Position numbers and translations under genes: made by a program
Notes under the pieces: model-generated
What the model was told of the DNA's origin: nothing
What the model saw: only the letters and a program-made list of their open reading frames with translations
The model's database searches: none
Assembly (NCBI GenBank): GCA_951406725.2
Contig: OX597822.1
Span: forward strand, 33,542,001-33,606,000
DNA length: 64,000 nucleotides
From: Octopus vulgaris
Lineage: Eukaryota
Direction of reading: 5' to 3'
Part shown: positions 1 to 14,470 of the stretch, in pieces
How the letters are laid out: every line of letters starts with the position of its first letter
How positions within the stretch are numbered: position 1 is the stretch's first letter

Positions 1-686
1 TTGAGCCAAATCACTAAGCTACGGGAATGTAAACGTACCAACATCAGTTGTCAAGTGATGGTAGGGGCATTGGTCAGCCCATGACTATAATAGAAGACAC
101 TACCATGCAACGGAACTGAAACCAGAACCATGTAGTTGCTAGGTAAACTTCTTAACCACTCAGCCATATATCAAATGAAGAAAAAAGAGTAGAGGCTTTA
201 GATTGATTTTTCAGCTTTCCAGAAACGAGACCAAACGACATCTGTGCAAGGTCAACGTGATCAGCATTTGTTCTAGATTGTAACCAAGCTGGTTTTGACA
301 GAGTGGAAAATAGTATTCTAGATGGCTGGAGGTTCTGTAGACCGTCTATAATAGTTTGTTCAATAGAGACACTACAAATATGTTGACAAAATACGATTTT
401 ATAACCACGTAGGTTTTAAAACCAGGATGGTGGTCGTGGTCGTGATAGCGGCAGCAGCAGTGGGCATGGCAGCAGCAATAGTGGTGGCAGAAATAGCTGC
501 AGCAAAGGTACTGGTTGTTGTGGTGGTAGTGGTGCTTGTGGTATTGGTGGTGGTGGTGGTGGTGGTGAACGGTATTATTATTATTATGTAAGTACAGCAG
601 AAAATCTAAATATAGTAGTAATCTTAGTATATGTGTGTACGTGTGTCTGTGTGTGCATGTATATACACTCACACAACATACATTAC

Positions 687-729
<43 letters not shown>

Positions 730-1934
730 TGTGTATGCATGTATATATGTACACACACACATATATCTATATATATCTATATCTATATTTATGTGTGAGT
801 GTGTATATATATATATATATATATAATGGTATTTATTTCAAGATGCTTGTACTCAGAATGCCTTTGATCATAGATCTGTCTGATCAGAGCTGCTGCTGAC
901 TGAAAGCTAAATGACAACAACAACAACTTCAGCAACAACATCAACAACGTGACAAACAACAAGGTGTGATTATGGAAGAAAATGTCTAGTTGAATCAGTT
1001 TGATAGCATTTTTTAAAAAATTTTATTATTTTTTTTAGGTTTTGTTTATTCCAGTGTTGTTTTACAATTTCCATTAAAGTCACCACCTCAGTAAATATTT
1101 ATTTATTCCTCCAGATATTCAAAGCAAAGGATGGTTTTTAACACAACAAAAAAAAAAAAAAGAAAATGGAAAAATCTAACAACAACAACAACAAAAAATA
1201 CACCCAGCTAAAATTCTAAAATCTATTGCAATATTCTTTATCGGAAATTTGCAATAGGAAAACACAAAAATAAAACATACTATAAAAACATGAAAAATAA
1301 AATAAAATTGCCACAACAACAACAACGACAACAGTTTTGGAAGCTCTTGACTAATGTGTAAATAATGTGTTTGAAATGGTTTAATGTAGAGAATGACGTA
1401 AACGATAAAAATTGTCAACCCAAAAGGGCCTTTAACTCTATTTTGAGCTCAAGGGCTACGGGATAAATTTTTTATGAATTTACAAAATTCCTACTGATGG
1501 AGTTGAAACGGCAATTATGCCCATTCATTTTATTCACCTTGTTGCAAATACATTTTATAGGTGTGCGCATGGTTGTGTGGGTAAGAAGTTTGCTTGGCAA
1601 CCATATGGGTTGAGGTTTAGGATTCAGTCCCAATGCATGGCACATTGGGCAATTAGGGCAAAGCCCCAGGCCAACCAATGCCTTGTGAGTGAATTTAGTG
1701 AATGGAAACTGCACAGAAACCTATCAGATGTTTGTGTGTGCATGCATGTATGTGTGTGTGTGTGTGTGTGCATGCACAGCTGCCTTTGTGTGCATGCATG
1801 CATGCCTTTGTGTGTTCAAATGAGACAAGAGTGAGAGGAACAAGAGAGTGTTTGTCTGCTCACAATGTTGACAACAACAATATATTCTTTCCTACTCAAG
1901 GCCAGCTTGCTGCCTTGAAACATGTAAAATATTA

Positions 1935-2552
1935 TTTTCTACTCTAGGCACAATGCATAAAATTTTGGGGGAGGGGGCCAGTCAATTAGATCATCCCTAG
2001 TATGTAACTGGTACTTAATATATCAACCCTGAAAGGATGAAAGGTAAAGTCGACCTCGGCAGGATTTGAACTCAGAATGTAAAGACAGATGAAATACTGC
2101 TAAGCATTTCACCTAGCGTGCTAACATTTCTGCCAGCTTGCCACCTTAGTGCGTTTTATTATTGTTTTTTTTTCCTACTCTAGGCACAATGCCCAATATT
2201 TTGGGATGGGGGCCAGTCAATTAGATCGATCCCAGCACGCAACTGGTACTTAATTTATAGACACCGAAAGTATGAAAGGCAAAGTCGACCTTGGCAGAAT
2301 TTGAACTCAGAACGTAAAGACAGACAAAATACCTATTTCTTTACTAACCACAAGGGGCTAAACACAGAGATGACAAACGGATTAAGTTGATTATATCGAC
2401 CCCAGTGCGTAACTGGTACTTATTTAATCGACTCTGAAAGGATGAAAGGCAAAGTCAACCTCAGCAGAATTTGAACTCAGAACGTAGCAGCAGACAAAAT
2501 AGCGCTAAGCATTTCGCCCAGCGTGCTAACGGTTCTGCCAGGTCACCGCCTT
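1935..2552 (-). mobile_element. SINE family A monomer plus A/B dimer
   Basis: Junction AAATACC|TATTTC at 2334. Confidence 0.8.
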
Positions 2553-3630
2553 GACAACAACAATATATTCCCTTTTAACAAGGCACCTGTGCTTGTCCTT
2601 CTATCATACTTCAGCCTTTCAACACCTGGCATACAGCCACCTACCTCCACCTTCTCACACAAATACTAGTAGTGGGAATTTTTTTCTTTTCTTTCTTCTC
2701 TGTTTGTTTCTAAGTTACATGGCAACCTCACAAGAGCCAGTAAAACAAACAAAAGTACCCAGTACACTCTGTAAAGTGGCAGGCATTAGGAAGAGCATCT
2801 AGTTATAGAAACCATGCCAAAGATGCTACTGGAGCTTGATGCAGCCCTGAAGATCAACAGTTCCCTATCAAACTGTCTCACCCATGTCAGCATGGAAAGT
2901 GGTCATTAAACAATGGTGATCATGATGATGGTGGTGATCTTGATGATGATGATGATGATTATGATTATGATGATGATGACATATCTGCAGTGTGGTTGGT
3001 GTTAGGGAGGGCATCCAGCTGTAAAAACTCTGCCAAAACAGACACAGTAGCCTAGGGTAGTCTTCCACTTGGCTGGCTTCCATCAAACTGTCCAACCCAT
3101 GCCTGCATGGAAGACAGACATTAAACGACAATGACGATGATGATCACACACAAACACACACACACATGCACACACAACATACTGTAGGTACTAAAACACC
3201 GGGTTCTAATACATACCACCCAAAAGGCAGAGTAGATGGTTAGACTAATACTTAAAGTATCATGTCCAAAAGGATGATAAAAAAAAAACACACCAGGATT
3301 CGAACTCAGAACATATAGGAATGGAACTAAACACCAAAATGAATTTCATCTAATGCTCTACTGGTTCTGCCAAATCTTCTGTCTTAATGTTCATTTTGAA
3401 ACAATATCACAATGTAACTGCTTATCCTGCTTAATCTCCTATATTTTTTTAGTGTTTGAAGAAAAGATAATTAGATTTGTTTGTCTCCATCTAGAACTTT
3501 TATCTGTAGGTCTGTCTGTCTTCATACAAAATTTGATATAACCTTAAACTCAGGAAAAGGAAGAAAAAAATTTGGAAGTCTTAAAGTATTTTTTTTTCTT
3601 TCGCCAATTTATTTCCATGTCTATGTGTTC

Positions 3631-3676
<46 letters not shown>

Positions 3677-4252
3677 GTATATACATATAAATGTGTGTGT
3701 ATATGTGTATATGTATATATATATATATATGTATATAAAAAAAAATATATATATATATATATATTGTGTGTGTGTATATGTATATATACATACAATATAT
3801 ATATATATATATATAATGATACTTAAATATTTTTCCTTAATTGTATATTGTATTTCGATATATGTAAGAATCTGATGAAACAAAAATGCAAAAGAAATAA
3901 TTATATCATTATCCTCATCATCATCGTCGTCATCGTCATCATCATCATCATCGTCATCATCATCATCATCATAAGCATCATCATCATCCGCATCATCATT
4001 ATCAGCAGCAGTAGCAACAACAACAACATTGCCATTTTTCCATGCTTGCATAGGTCAAACCATCCAACCCATACCAGTATGGAATATGGATGTTGAATAT
4101 ACAACGATCATGATATATAAATACACACACACACACACACTTCTGAATATAGCACAAGCAGTGGTTTGAGTTATACAGAATAAATGAGAAGAATCAGAAA
4201 TTCATAGAATAGTGAATATTTAATGCTGGTCATAAAAGAAGCATATGGTTAC

Positions 4253-4433
4253 CTCTTTTTACCAATACCTTTATTCAAGATGTTTATAGTCAGGCTGTCC
4301 CCAATCCCCAAGTGAAATGACAAACATGAAATCCATTTTGCAAGACCATCCATTAATAATGAAAAATGGGAATGGATTTTTATGGTTAATATTACATCAT
4401 TTCTGAGCTGCAATTGTGATCCATACAAATTTC
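4253..4433 (-). CDS. Candidate internal coding exon (unidentified)
   Basis: ttttggcttcAG|..AG|GTaacc, 181 nt, open frame GNLYGSQLQ..NKGIGKK, phase 1-2. Confidence 0.3.
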
Positions 4434-4736
4434 CTGAAGCCAAAAGAACCAAGTATATCTCCCATTTCAGCATTCGGAATCTTATTTGCAAAAACAAAAA
4501 ATGGGAAAGCATTTGGAATCTTATTCTCAAAAACTAAAGAAAGAATGAAAACAAAAAAAAAGGGAAAGCATTCAGAATCTTATTCTCAAAAGCAACCAAA
4601 AAAGAAAAACAAAAAAAAAAACGGGGGAAATCATGAAAGAAAAAAAATATAGAAAAATTTATTTAAATATATTCTAGGCAGAATTTTGGTTCTTTATAGA
4701 ATACAGAACCAAGAGAAAGTGTTTTCTCAAATAATT

Positions 4737-5095
4737 ACTCTTTACTCTTTACTCTTTTACTTGTTTCGGTCATTTGATTGTGGCCATGCTGAAGCGCCGC
4801 CTTTACTCGAGCAACTCAACCCTGGGACTTATTCTTTTGTAAGCCCAGTACTTATTCTATCGGTTTCTTTTGCCGAACCGCTAAGTAACGGGGACATAAA
4901 CACACCAGCATCGGTTGTCAAGCAATGCTAGGGGGACAAAAACAGACACAAACACACACACACGCATATATATATATATATACATATATACGGCGGGCTT
5001 CATTCAGTTTCTGTCTACCAAATCCACTCACAAGGCTTTGGTCGGCCTGAAGCTATAGTAGAAGACACTTGCCCAAGGTGCCATGCAGTGGGTTT
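4737..5095 (-). mobile_element. tRNA-derived SINE with internal microsatellite (family D, possibly octopus OR-type)
   Basis: ACCTTGGGCAAGTGTCTT segment, internal (TA/TG)n, (GTAAAAGA)n tail; more than 10 copies in window. Confidence 0.8.
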
Positions 5096-5124
5096 GGTAG
5101 ACAGAAACTAAAAAAAAAAGGCAA

Positions 5125-5378
5125 AAAAACTTTTAACTTTTTGCCTAGGGCGAGCCCACAGCAATATCATATCTTCTCCACTACGATTCCCTAAAACTTG
5201 AGAACTACACAACCAATTTCATTCAAATTTTACACATGCCTTACTTAGAGTCCATGTAGTTTCATAGGCAAAAAAAATGTTCAACTTCTTGCCTGGGGCG
5301 AGCCCATAGCAATATAATATCTTCTCCACTATTTCAGTACTAGCATTATGACCCGTCATTGCCGGGTCATAGTGCTAG
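5125..5378 (+). mobile_element. Helitron-like 3' fragment
   Basis: Hairpin TAGCATTATGACCCG..CGGGTCATAGTGCTA ending CTAG|T; internal direct repeat GGGCGAGCCCA..ATCTTCTCCACT. Confidence 0.55.
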
Positions 5379-5446
5379 TATATATATATATATATATATC
5401 TTCCTCCATTTGAGTTATTATCTCCCTTGGCATAACACCAGGACAC

Positions 5447-5596
5447 CAGTAGCTTACTTACCAACCACATGGTTCCAGGTTCAGTCCTAATGCATAGTAT
5501 CTTGGGCAAGTGTCTTCTACTATAGCCTTGGGCCAACCAAAGCCTTGTGAGTGAATTTGGTAGATGGAAACTGAAAAGAAGCCCGTTATATATATG

Positions 5597-5627
<31 letters not shown>

Positions 5628-5828
5628 TTGTGTGTTTGTGTTTGTCCCCCCAACATCGCTTGACAACTGATATGGGTGTGTTTACGTCCCCATAACTTAG
5701 CAGTTCAGCAAAAGAGACTGATAGAATAAGTATTAGGCTTCCAAAGAATAAGTGCTAGGGTTGACTTGCTCGACTAAAGGCAGAGCTCCAGCATGACCAC
5801 AGTCACATGACTGAAACAAGTAAAAGAG
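5447..5828 (+). mobile_element. SINE family D
   Basis: Same consensus. Confidence 0.8.
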
Positions 5829-6769
5829 GCCCCTGTTTGCATGTCAGGGCCAGGGAAAGAGATTGTTTTACAGTTTGATCAGCAGGGGCTGCATCCTGTG
5901 TTCAGTGAATTATTAAAATAACCTAAATTCACCACTTTTCCAATGAAAGAATTTCTTCTGTGATAATGTGTGTGTGTGTGTGTGTGTGAGTGTGAAGGGG
6001 AGGGAAAGAAAGAGACAGAGAGTGAGGAGAGAATGGAGAAAAAAAGAGAGGAAGAAATTTGGAAAGAAAGTGAGAGGAGAGATAGGAGGGCGATAAAGAG
6101 AGGGAGAGAGAAAGGATAAAGGGTGATAGAACAAGAGCGAGAGAGGAAGGTAAAGGTGAGAAAGAGAGAGGGAGAGAGAAAAGGATAAGGAAACAGAGGA
6201 AGAGAGAGAGAAAGGGGAGGGAGAGAGAGAGAGGTAGAGAGATATAGAAAAAGAGGGAGCACATGCTAGCACATGCACAAACTCACATGCATAACCACAA
6301 AACTGCATGCACGCAAACACATGCATGCACACACATGCACACACACTCACGCACGCACGCATGCATGTACACAGACGCACACGGACGGACACATACACAC
6401 ACACACTCACACACACACACACACACACAGAGAAACACACACACACGCACATACACGCATGCGCACCTAGATGTCTGATGCCAGAAACTTTCGGTATTGA
6501 GTACGAGGAAGAATCAGGGGCGAAGAAAAGTGTTTCGATTTCCATCCCTGATCTAATCTCAAGCATTGATTGATTTCCAACGTAACAACAAGAAACTCGA
6601 GAAGCCAGCGTTTCTCCGATAAAAGACATGGCATTTCTACTTATCCATTTATTCACCTCTTTATTTTATTTATTTTTCAGAATGAAATCCTCAGCCCATG
6701 TCTTGATCCATGTTAAACCAACTTAGCTCAGCTCAGACAAGAAAAAAAAAAAAATAAATAAAAAAAAAA

Positions 6770-6791
6770 TAATAATAATAATAATAATAAC

Positions 6792-6826
<35 letters not shown>

Positions 6827-6857
6827 TAACAATAACAATAATAATAATAATAATAAC

Positions 6858-6890
<33 letters not shown>

Positions 6891-7283
6891 TTTACAATCG
6901 ATAATTGATCAAATGAACTGCTAAGAAGAACCTTGGCAGCGATATTTTTTCTTATTTTTCAATATTTTAATATTTTTCATTTATTTATTTATTTATTTAT
7001 TTTATTTATATATTTATTTTATGTATTTATTTATTTATTCTATTTATTTATTATTTTATTTTATATTTATTTCATTTATATATTTATTTTATGTATTTAT
7101 TTATTTCTATTTATTTGTTATTTTATTTTATTCATTATTTTATTTTTTATTTATTATTTCATTTATTCATTTATTTTATTTATTCATTATTTATTTCATT
7201 TATTTATTATTTATTTATTATATATTATTTTATTTATTTATTTTATTTATTTATTTATTATTTCATTTATTATATTATTTTAT

Positions 7284-7315
<32 letters not shown>

Positions 7316-7318
7316 TTA
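6770..7318. repeat. (AAT)n followed by degenerate (TTTA)n
   Basis: Direct inspection. Confidence 0.9.
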
Positions 7319-7584
7319 CCATCCATTATCATCATCCCCTTGTCATTGAAACAAACTACTCTAATTTCTATACAGGAGATTCTTCACTGAACAAGTTTCA
7401 TTTGGAAATCATGTCAGCAGGTTAGATTGCACTGTTGCTGTTGTTGTTGTTGTTGCTGCTGCTGCTGTGGAAGGATTCTAATTTTCTAAAATCTTTTACA
7501 TTATATTTTGCATCAGTTTTATTCATATATTTATTTATTGTTAAGATTCTTTAAGGACAGTGCAAAATAATTCAACTCAAAAGA

Positions 7585-8092
7585 GGCGTAGGAGTGACTG
7601 TGTGGTAAGTGGCTTGCTTACCAACCACATGGTTCTGGGTTCAGTCCCACCGCGTGGCACCTCCGGCAAGTGTCTTCTATTATAGCCTCGGGCCAACCAA
7701 AGCCTTGTGAGTGTATTTGGTAGATGGAAACTGAAAGAAGCCTGTCGTATATATGTATATGAAACACTGCCAGATCTGACTGGCCTGGTGCAGCCTTCGG
7801 GCTCCACAGACCCCAGTTGAACCGTCCAACCCATGCTAGCATGGAAAGCGGACGTTAAATGATGATGATGATGATGTATGTATGTATGTGTTTGTGTGTC
7901 TGTGTCTGTTCCCCCAACATCGCTTGACAACCAATGCTGGTGTGTTTACGTCCCCGTAACTTAGCAGTTTGGCAAAAGAGACCAATAGAATAAGAATATA
8001 AAGAATAAGTCCTGGGGTCGAATTGCTCAACTGAAGGCAGTGCTCCAGTGTGGCCACAGTCACATGACTGAAACAAGTAAAAGAGTAAAGAA
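7585..8092 (+). mobile_element. SINE family D with internal insertion
   Basis: Same consensus, interrupted about 7763-7875 by the tail of another repeat ending (GAT)n. Confidence 0.8.
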
Positions 8093-8608
8093 TCAATAAT
8101 AATAATCCTTTCTACTATAAGGCAGAAGGACTGAAAGTTGGGAGAAGGGGATAGTTAATTACATCGACCCCCAATACTCGACTGGTACTTAATTTATTGA
8201 CCCCCAAAAGGATGAAAGGTAAAGTCAACCTCGGCGGAATTTGAACTCAGAGCGTAGCAACAGGTGACATATCACTACGCATTTCGCCAAGCGTGCTAAC
8301 GATTCTGCCAGCTTGTTGCTTTCAAATATTAATAAAAACAACAACAACAACAGCAACAGCAGCAGCAGCAGAAGCAACAACAGCAACACTTTATAGGTTA
8401 GTATTATTATTACTATTAGTAATATTATTATTATCAATAGGCACAAGGGCTGAAATTTGGCTGATGTGGATAGTCAATTGCATGCATCAACCCCGAAAGA
8501 TAAAGTCAATCTCGGTGAATTTGAACTCAGAACATAGTGACAGGTGACACTGCTGAACATTTCATCTGGTGAGCTAACGATCTTGCCACCTCGCTGGCAT
8601 GCTGCTTT

Positions 8609-8694
<86 letters not shown>

Positions 8695-8739
8695 TAATAA
8701 TAATAAATAATAATAATAATAATAATAAATAATAATAAT

Positions 8740-8771
<32 letters not shown>

Positions 8772-9102
8772 ATTCTTTCTACTGGAAGCACAAGGCCTCA
8801 AATTTCAGGAGAGGTTGGCTAGTCAATTACATCGACCCCACTACACAACTGCCACTTAAGTTATGAAACCCAAAAAGATGAAAGGCAAAGTCAGTCTTGG
8901 CAGAATTTGAACACAGAATGTAGTGACGGGCGAAATACTGCAAAGCATTTCATCCAGCGCACTAATGATTCTGCCATCTTGCCACCTTAACTTTTAAATA
9001 ATACTAATATCGGTTTCAAATTTTGGCACAAGGCCAGAAAGTTTGGGGAAGGAGATGGAGCAATTACATTGACCCCAGTGTTGCACTGGTACTTATTCTT
9101 AA

Positions 9103-9630
9103 CCCCTTAACAACAGTTGACGCAAATATGCGATCACACTTTTGCTTGCCTACCCACGGTTAACGTAAATATACAATGTAGAGCTGCCCTACATCTATCA
9201 CAGACATTTTAGCGGTTGACGTATGTTTACGTTTGCTATTGTGTACTTTATCTTTTGAGGTGCGCACGCACTCACTGTCCCGTGCATTATCTTAGCTATT
9301 TTAGGTTACGTTCAAGATATCAGACTTAGCAGTAGACCAGTGACATGCGGATACTTTACATGCATAATACCATGTTTTGAGTTGTACCACACGCAAGGTA
9401 TTTTCTGAACTTGAGCAGAATAACTCATGCATATCATATTATAAATAGCTTCACATTGTTCGTTTTCATAAACCGGTAGACGTGAATGTACGATGCTATG
9501 TTATTGTAACGGTGAATGTAAATAGACGCGAGCTCATTGGCACTTGCGTGCTTGTGTGGCTTCATTAGATAAAAAAAAAAAAAAACGAAGCAGTGTCTCG
9601 AATGCTTCGGGTAATACCGGCGTCAAGGGG
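9103..9630. mobile_element. piggyBac-like non-autonomous element inserted in a SINE
   Basis: TTAA|CCCCTT ... AAGGGG|TTAA termini; the SINE consensus resumes on both sides of the TTAA. Confidence 0.7.
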
Positions 9631-10223
9631 TTAACAACTTCGAAAGGATGTAAAGTTGACCTCAGAGGAATTTAAACTCAGAGTGTAATGACGGATGAAA
9701 TACCACTAAGCATTTTGCCCAACGAATAACGATAATATTATTATTGTTTCTAATTTCAGCATTAGACGAGCAATTTCTCAGGAAGAAGAAGCAAACTCAG
9801 TATTTGACTACAATTCTATTTCATTGTCACCAAAAAGATGAACACCAATGTTCACCTTGGCAGGACATTAACCCAAAATGTAAGAAGCAGGAAGAAATAC
9901 AGCAAAATATTTTCCTGCCAAAAACGGAAAGAGCCTGTAAGAGTCAATAGCATTAATGAAAATCCTTTCTAAATTTAGCACCAAGCCAGAAGTTTTGAGG
10001 AGAGGGGGAAGTCAATGACTCAACAGGTGCCTATTTTATTGATCCCATGGGTGAAAAGCGAAGGTGACCTCACCAGGATTTGATCTCTGCATGTAAATGC
10101 CCAAAGATATGCCACTAACAATTCTGCCAACACTTTACTATTACTAAAACCCCGACTACTACTACTACTAATAATAATAATGATGATGATGATGATGATG
10201 ATATTAGTAATAATAAAAATAAA

Positions 10224-10291
<68 letters not shown>

Positions 10292-10309
10292 CGATAATCG
10301 TCGCCCTTT

Positions 10310-10592
10310 TCAAGCCTAGCCAGCCTCATGGGCCCGGTTTCCCGGTTTCTGTGGCATATGTGTTCCCCCCAGCTGGATGGGAAGCCTTTTCATCGCAGCA
10401 TTACTCAAGAAACAGGAAGAAAGAGTGTTGTGGCGAAAGAGTACAACAGGGGTCGCCACCACCCTCTGCTGGAGCCTCGTGGAGCTTTTAGGTGTTTTTA
10501 CTCAATAAATACACACAACGTCCGGTCTGGGAATCGAAACTGCAATCCTCCGACCACGAGTCCGCTGCCCTAACCACTAGGCCATTGCACCT
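10310..10592 (-). mobile_element. tRNA-derived SINE related to 35850-36150
   Basis: Reverse-complement match to the same head and tail. Confidence 0.75.
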
Positions 10593-10637
10593 CTACTACT
10601 ACTACTACTACTACTACTAATAATAATAATAATAATG

Positions 10638-10674
<37 letters not shown>

Positions 10675-11446
10675 TTTCATTTATTTGCCACAAGGGCAAA
10701 GGATGAGACCGACATAAAGTGTGGGGGTTTACATATACTGAAATAGAAAGAAAAGAAAGAAAGAAAGAAAGAAAGGAAGGAAGAAAGGAAGAAAGAAAGA
10801 AAAAAGAGAGAGAGAAAGAAAGTATACATGGTATACACTGACAAAGAAGGGACATATGCATAGCATACAATGGTCTAAATACAAAAAGAAAAAGGGGTGG
10901 GGAGGATGATAAAGATTATGGCCCTCCTAATACAGGAAGGCCTCTAGGGATAATCGAGGAACCCCACTGTGCAAGATTTCCCTGAAACCCCAGGAGCATG
11001 TGCCCTCTCCAATTCCTTCTCACCCACTCACACTCCCTTCTACTAAAGGCACAAGACTGGAAATTAGTGGTGGCAGGTGGGGGTGGGTTGTGGTTGGAAA
11101 CCAGTTGATTATATCGACCCCCAATATTTTACTGGTGCTTAATTTATTGACTCTGAAAGGATGAAAGACAAAGTTGAGCCTGGTACTTATTTAATCGACC
11201 TCGAAAGGAAAGAAAGGTAAAGATAACCTTGGCGGAATTTGAACTCAGAATGTAGCAACAGGCGAAATACCTATTTCTTTACTACCCACAAGGGGCTAAA
11301 CACAGAGAGGACAAACAAGGACAGACAAACGGATTAAGTTGATTATATCAATCCCACTGCATAACTGGTATTTATTTAATCGACCCCGAAAGGATGAAAG
11401 GCATTTCACCCAGCGTGCTAACATTTCTGCCAGCTCACCGCCTTCA

Positions 11447-11682
11447 TAATGATGATGATAATGATGATGATGATGATGATGATGATGAGGAGGAGGAGGA
11501 TGAGGAGGAGGAGGAGGAGGAGGAGGAGGAGGAGGAGGAGGAGGAGGAGGAGGAGGAGGAGGAGGAGGAGGAGGAGGAAGAAGAAGAAGAAGAAGAAGAA
11601 GAAGAAGAAGAAGGGGATGAAGAAGAAGAAGAAGAAGAAGAAGAAGAAGAAGAAGAAGAACAACAACAACAACAACAACAGC

Positions 11683-11714
<32 letters not shown>
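11447..11714. repeat. Compound trinucleotide microsatellite (GAT)n(GAG)n(GAA)n(CAA)n
   Basis: Direct inspection. Confidence 0.95.
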
Positions 11715-11715
<1 letters not shown>

Positions 11716-11952
11716 TTACCCATCCTGCTATGATGAAGTACCATCTACATCTCAAATGAAAGGATAGGTTGAAAGGAAACATTAGAGGAATGGCTATTTA
11801 TTATTTGACAACCCACTCAAAGAATGGAAACGGAATGAGCAGCGGTAAAAAACAAATTTCCTTTTTACATCAAGTTTTCTTTTTTTTTGGAGAGAGGGGT
11901 ATTATTGAAAATATGTGTGCCTACCCATATATATGTGTGTGTGTGTGTGTGT

Positions 11953-11990
<38 letters not shown>

Positions 11991-12033
11991 GGTGGTGGTG
12001 GTGGTGGTGGTGGTGGTGGTGGTAGTAGTAGTG

Positions 12034-12076
<43 letters not shown>

Positions 12077-12105
12077 CAGTAGTGGTGGTGGTGGTTGTGG
12101 TGGTT

Positions 12106-12139
<34 letters not shown>

Positions 12140-13109
12140 CAGCAGTAGTAGTGGAAAATGACAGAAAATGTAAAAATAAGCTCCATCCTTAGCTTTTAAA
12201 GTGGTGAAAAAGTAAACAAAAAACAAACAGATAATATAAAATACATTTTAAGTGGTAATTATTATAAATGCAAGAGTGGTTTGCAAATAGCAGAGAAACA
12301 AATAAATAAATAAATAAATACATAAGCATGTTAATAGCAGGAATCCTTTTCTACTATATGTACAAAGCCTGAATTTTTTTTTTTTTTTTTCCTTTTTTTT
12401 TGCTTTGCAGTGGCGGGGTGGAGGCTCCTCAATTTCATTGACTCTGGTGCTTAGCAGATACTTATTTTTATCAATCCATTCTCAAAAGGATGAAAGGCCA
12501 ACCACGGAGTAATTTGAACCCAGAACATAAAGATGAATAATAACAACAACAGAGGCAGCAGCAGCTGTTCAAGAATTTGGACCTGGAGATCTCTATTTCT
12601 AGCGATTTCGAAGGCCACCTCCCAATGGTGTTGGGTGTCAGCGAAGAGCCCTCGACTACAACAAGGCTAGCAAAGTTTTTTTTTTTTTTCCAAGGTCTGG
12701 GGTCTCCCGCCCCTAAGCCCTAGACCATCGCCTAATCACCCTTACCCATCTTGTTGCTTAACAACAACAACAACAGCAGTAGCAGCAACAACCATGATGG
12801 CAACAACGATGACAACGACAACGACAACAATGACAACAGCAGCAGCAGCAACGACAACAACAACGATGACGATGCCAACGACAACAGCAGCAACAACGAT
12901 GACGATATCAAATTTTGGCACAAGATCAGCAATTTCAGGGAAGAGGGTAAGTCGATAACATTGACCCCAGTGCATAACTGGTACTAATTTTATCGGCCCC
13001 AAAAGGATGAAAGGCAAAGTCACCCTCGGCAGAATTTGAACTCAGAACATGAAGACAGACAAAATGTCACTAGCCATTAGGCACTTTGTCTGGGTAGCCA
13101 ACGAATCTG

Positions 13110-13149
<40 letters not shown>

Positions 13150-14074
13150 TAATAATAATAATAATAATAATAATAATCCTTTCTACTGGAAGCACAAGGC
13201 CTCAAATTTGGGGAAAGGGATTAAGTTGATTACATTGACCCCTGTGCATAACTGGTACTAATTTTATCAGCCCCAAAACTTGAACCCAGAATGTAAAGAG
13301 GGAAGAAATGCTGTTGAGCATCTTGACCAACATGGTAATTCTACTATCTTCTCACCTTGTCTTGATAAGAAAAAAAATTTCCTGATAAAAACACATTAAT
13401 TATGGAAACAATGAAATTATCAATAATTAGCTGTCTAAATGTCTGGTATAAATAATTGTTAATATAATTATAATTTTTCATACTAATTAACGTCATCAAA
13501 ACACTTTTAATCTCTTTGTTTCTATTTTTCATAATTACCTTTGTGAAGGCATGGGGTCTTGTGGTAAAGGTGTTTGCACTCACAATATTCAGATTGTGGT
13601 TTCAATTCCTGGACATGGCAACATGTTGTGTTCTTGAGCAAAACCCTGCATTTCACATTGCCCCAGTCCACTCAACTGTAAAGGGGTAACCCTGTGAAGG
13701 GTCAGCCTTCCAATCAGGGAAAATGTTGGCTTGCTCAACCAGCCAGTGGGGTGACATCATTCAAAAACTAAAACGATGCAAAGTGCATTGTGACCAGCGA
13801 TGTATAACAACATCTCATAGAGTGGCCGATACTGTGACTGTGATAACTAGCTCTACACACAGCAGTGGATTGAGGGAATTGGTAAAGCAGTAAACAAAAT
13901 GCCTTGCTGTCATTATTTACATCTGTTTATATTTTGAATTAAATTCCTGCCAGAGGCCAGTGTGCCTTTCAATTTTCAAGGATCAATAATATGAAGTACC
14001 AGTCAAATACTAGGGGACTGGCTTAACAGACTATTCCTCTTCTCCAAATTGTTGAGGTTTGTGCCATTATATAG

Positions 14075-14470
14075 GTGCAGGAGTGGCTGTGTGGTAAGTA
14101 GCTTGCTTACCAACCACATGGTTCCAGGTTCAGTCCCACTGCATGGCACCTTGGGCAAGAGTCTTCTACAATAGCCTCAGGCTGACCAAAACCTTGTGAA
14201 TGGATTTGGTAGACAGAAACTGAAAGAAGCCTGTCGTATATATATATATGCATGTATATGTTTGTGTGACTGTGTTTGTCCCCCCAACATCGCTTGACAA
14301 CTGATGCTGGTGTGTTTACGTCACTGTCACTTAGCGGCTCAGCAAGAAAGACTGATAAAAATAAGTCCTAGGCTTACAAAGAATAAGTCCTGGGGTCGAT
14401 TTGCTCAACTAAAGGCGGTGCTCCAGCATGACCGCAGTCAAATGACTGAAACAAATAAAAGAATAAAAAG
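14075..14470 (+). mobile_element. SINE family D
   Basis: Same consensus. Confidence 0.85.

Noticed and set aside
215-408. Plus-strand exon with tttttcAG and GTAGGT boundaries
   Set aside because: Stops occur in all three plus frames; no support for selenocysteine read-through
3453-9840. Small plus-strand exon candidates (about 3453, 7376, 9760)
   Set aside because: Short, no recognisable peptide, and such splice-like signals are common by chance in AT-rich DNA
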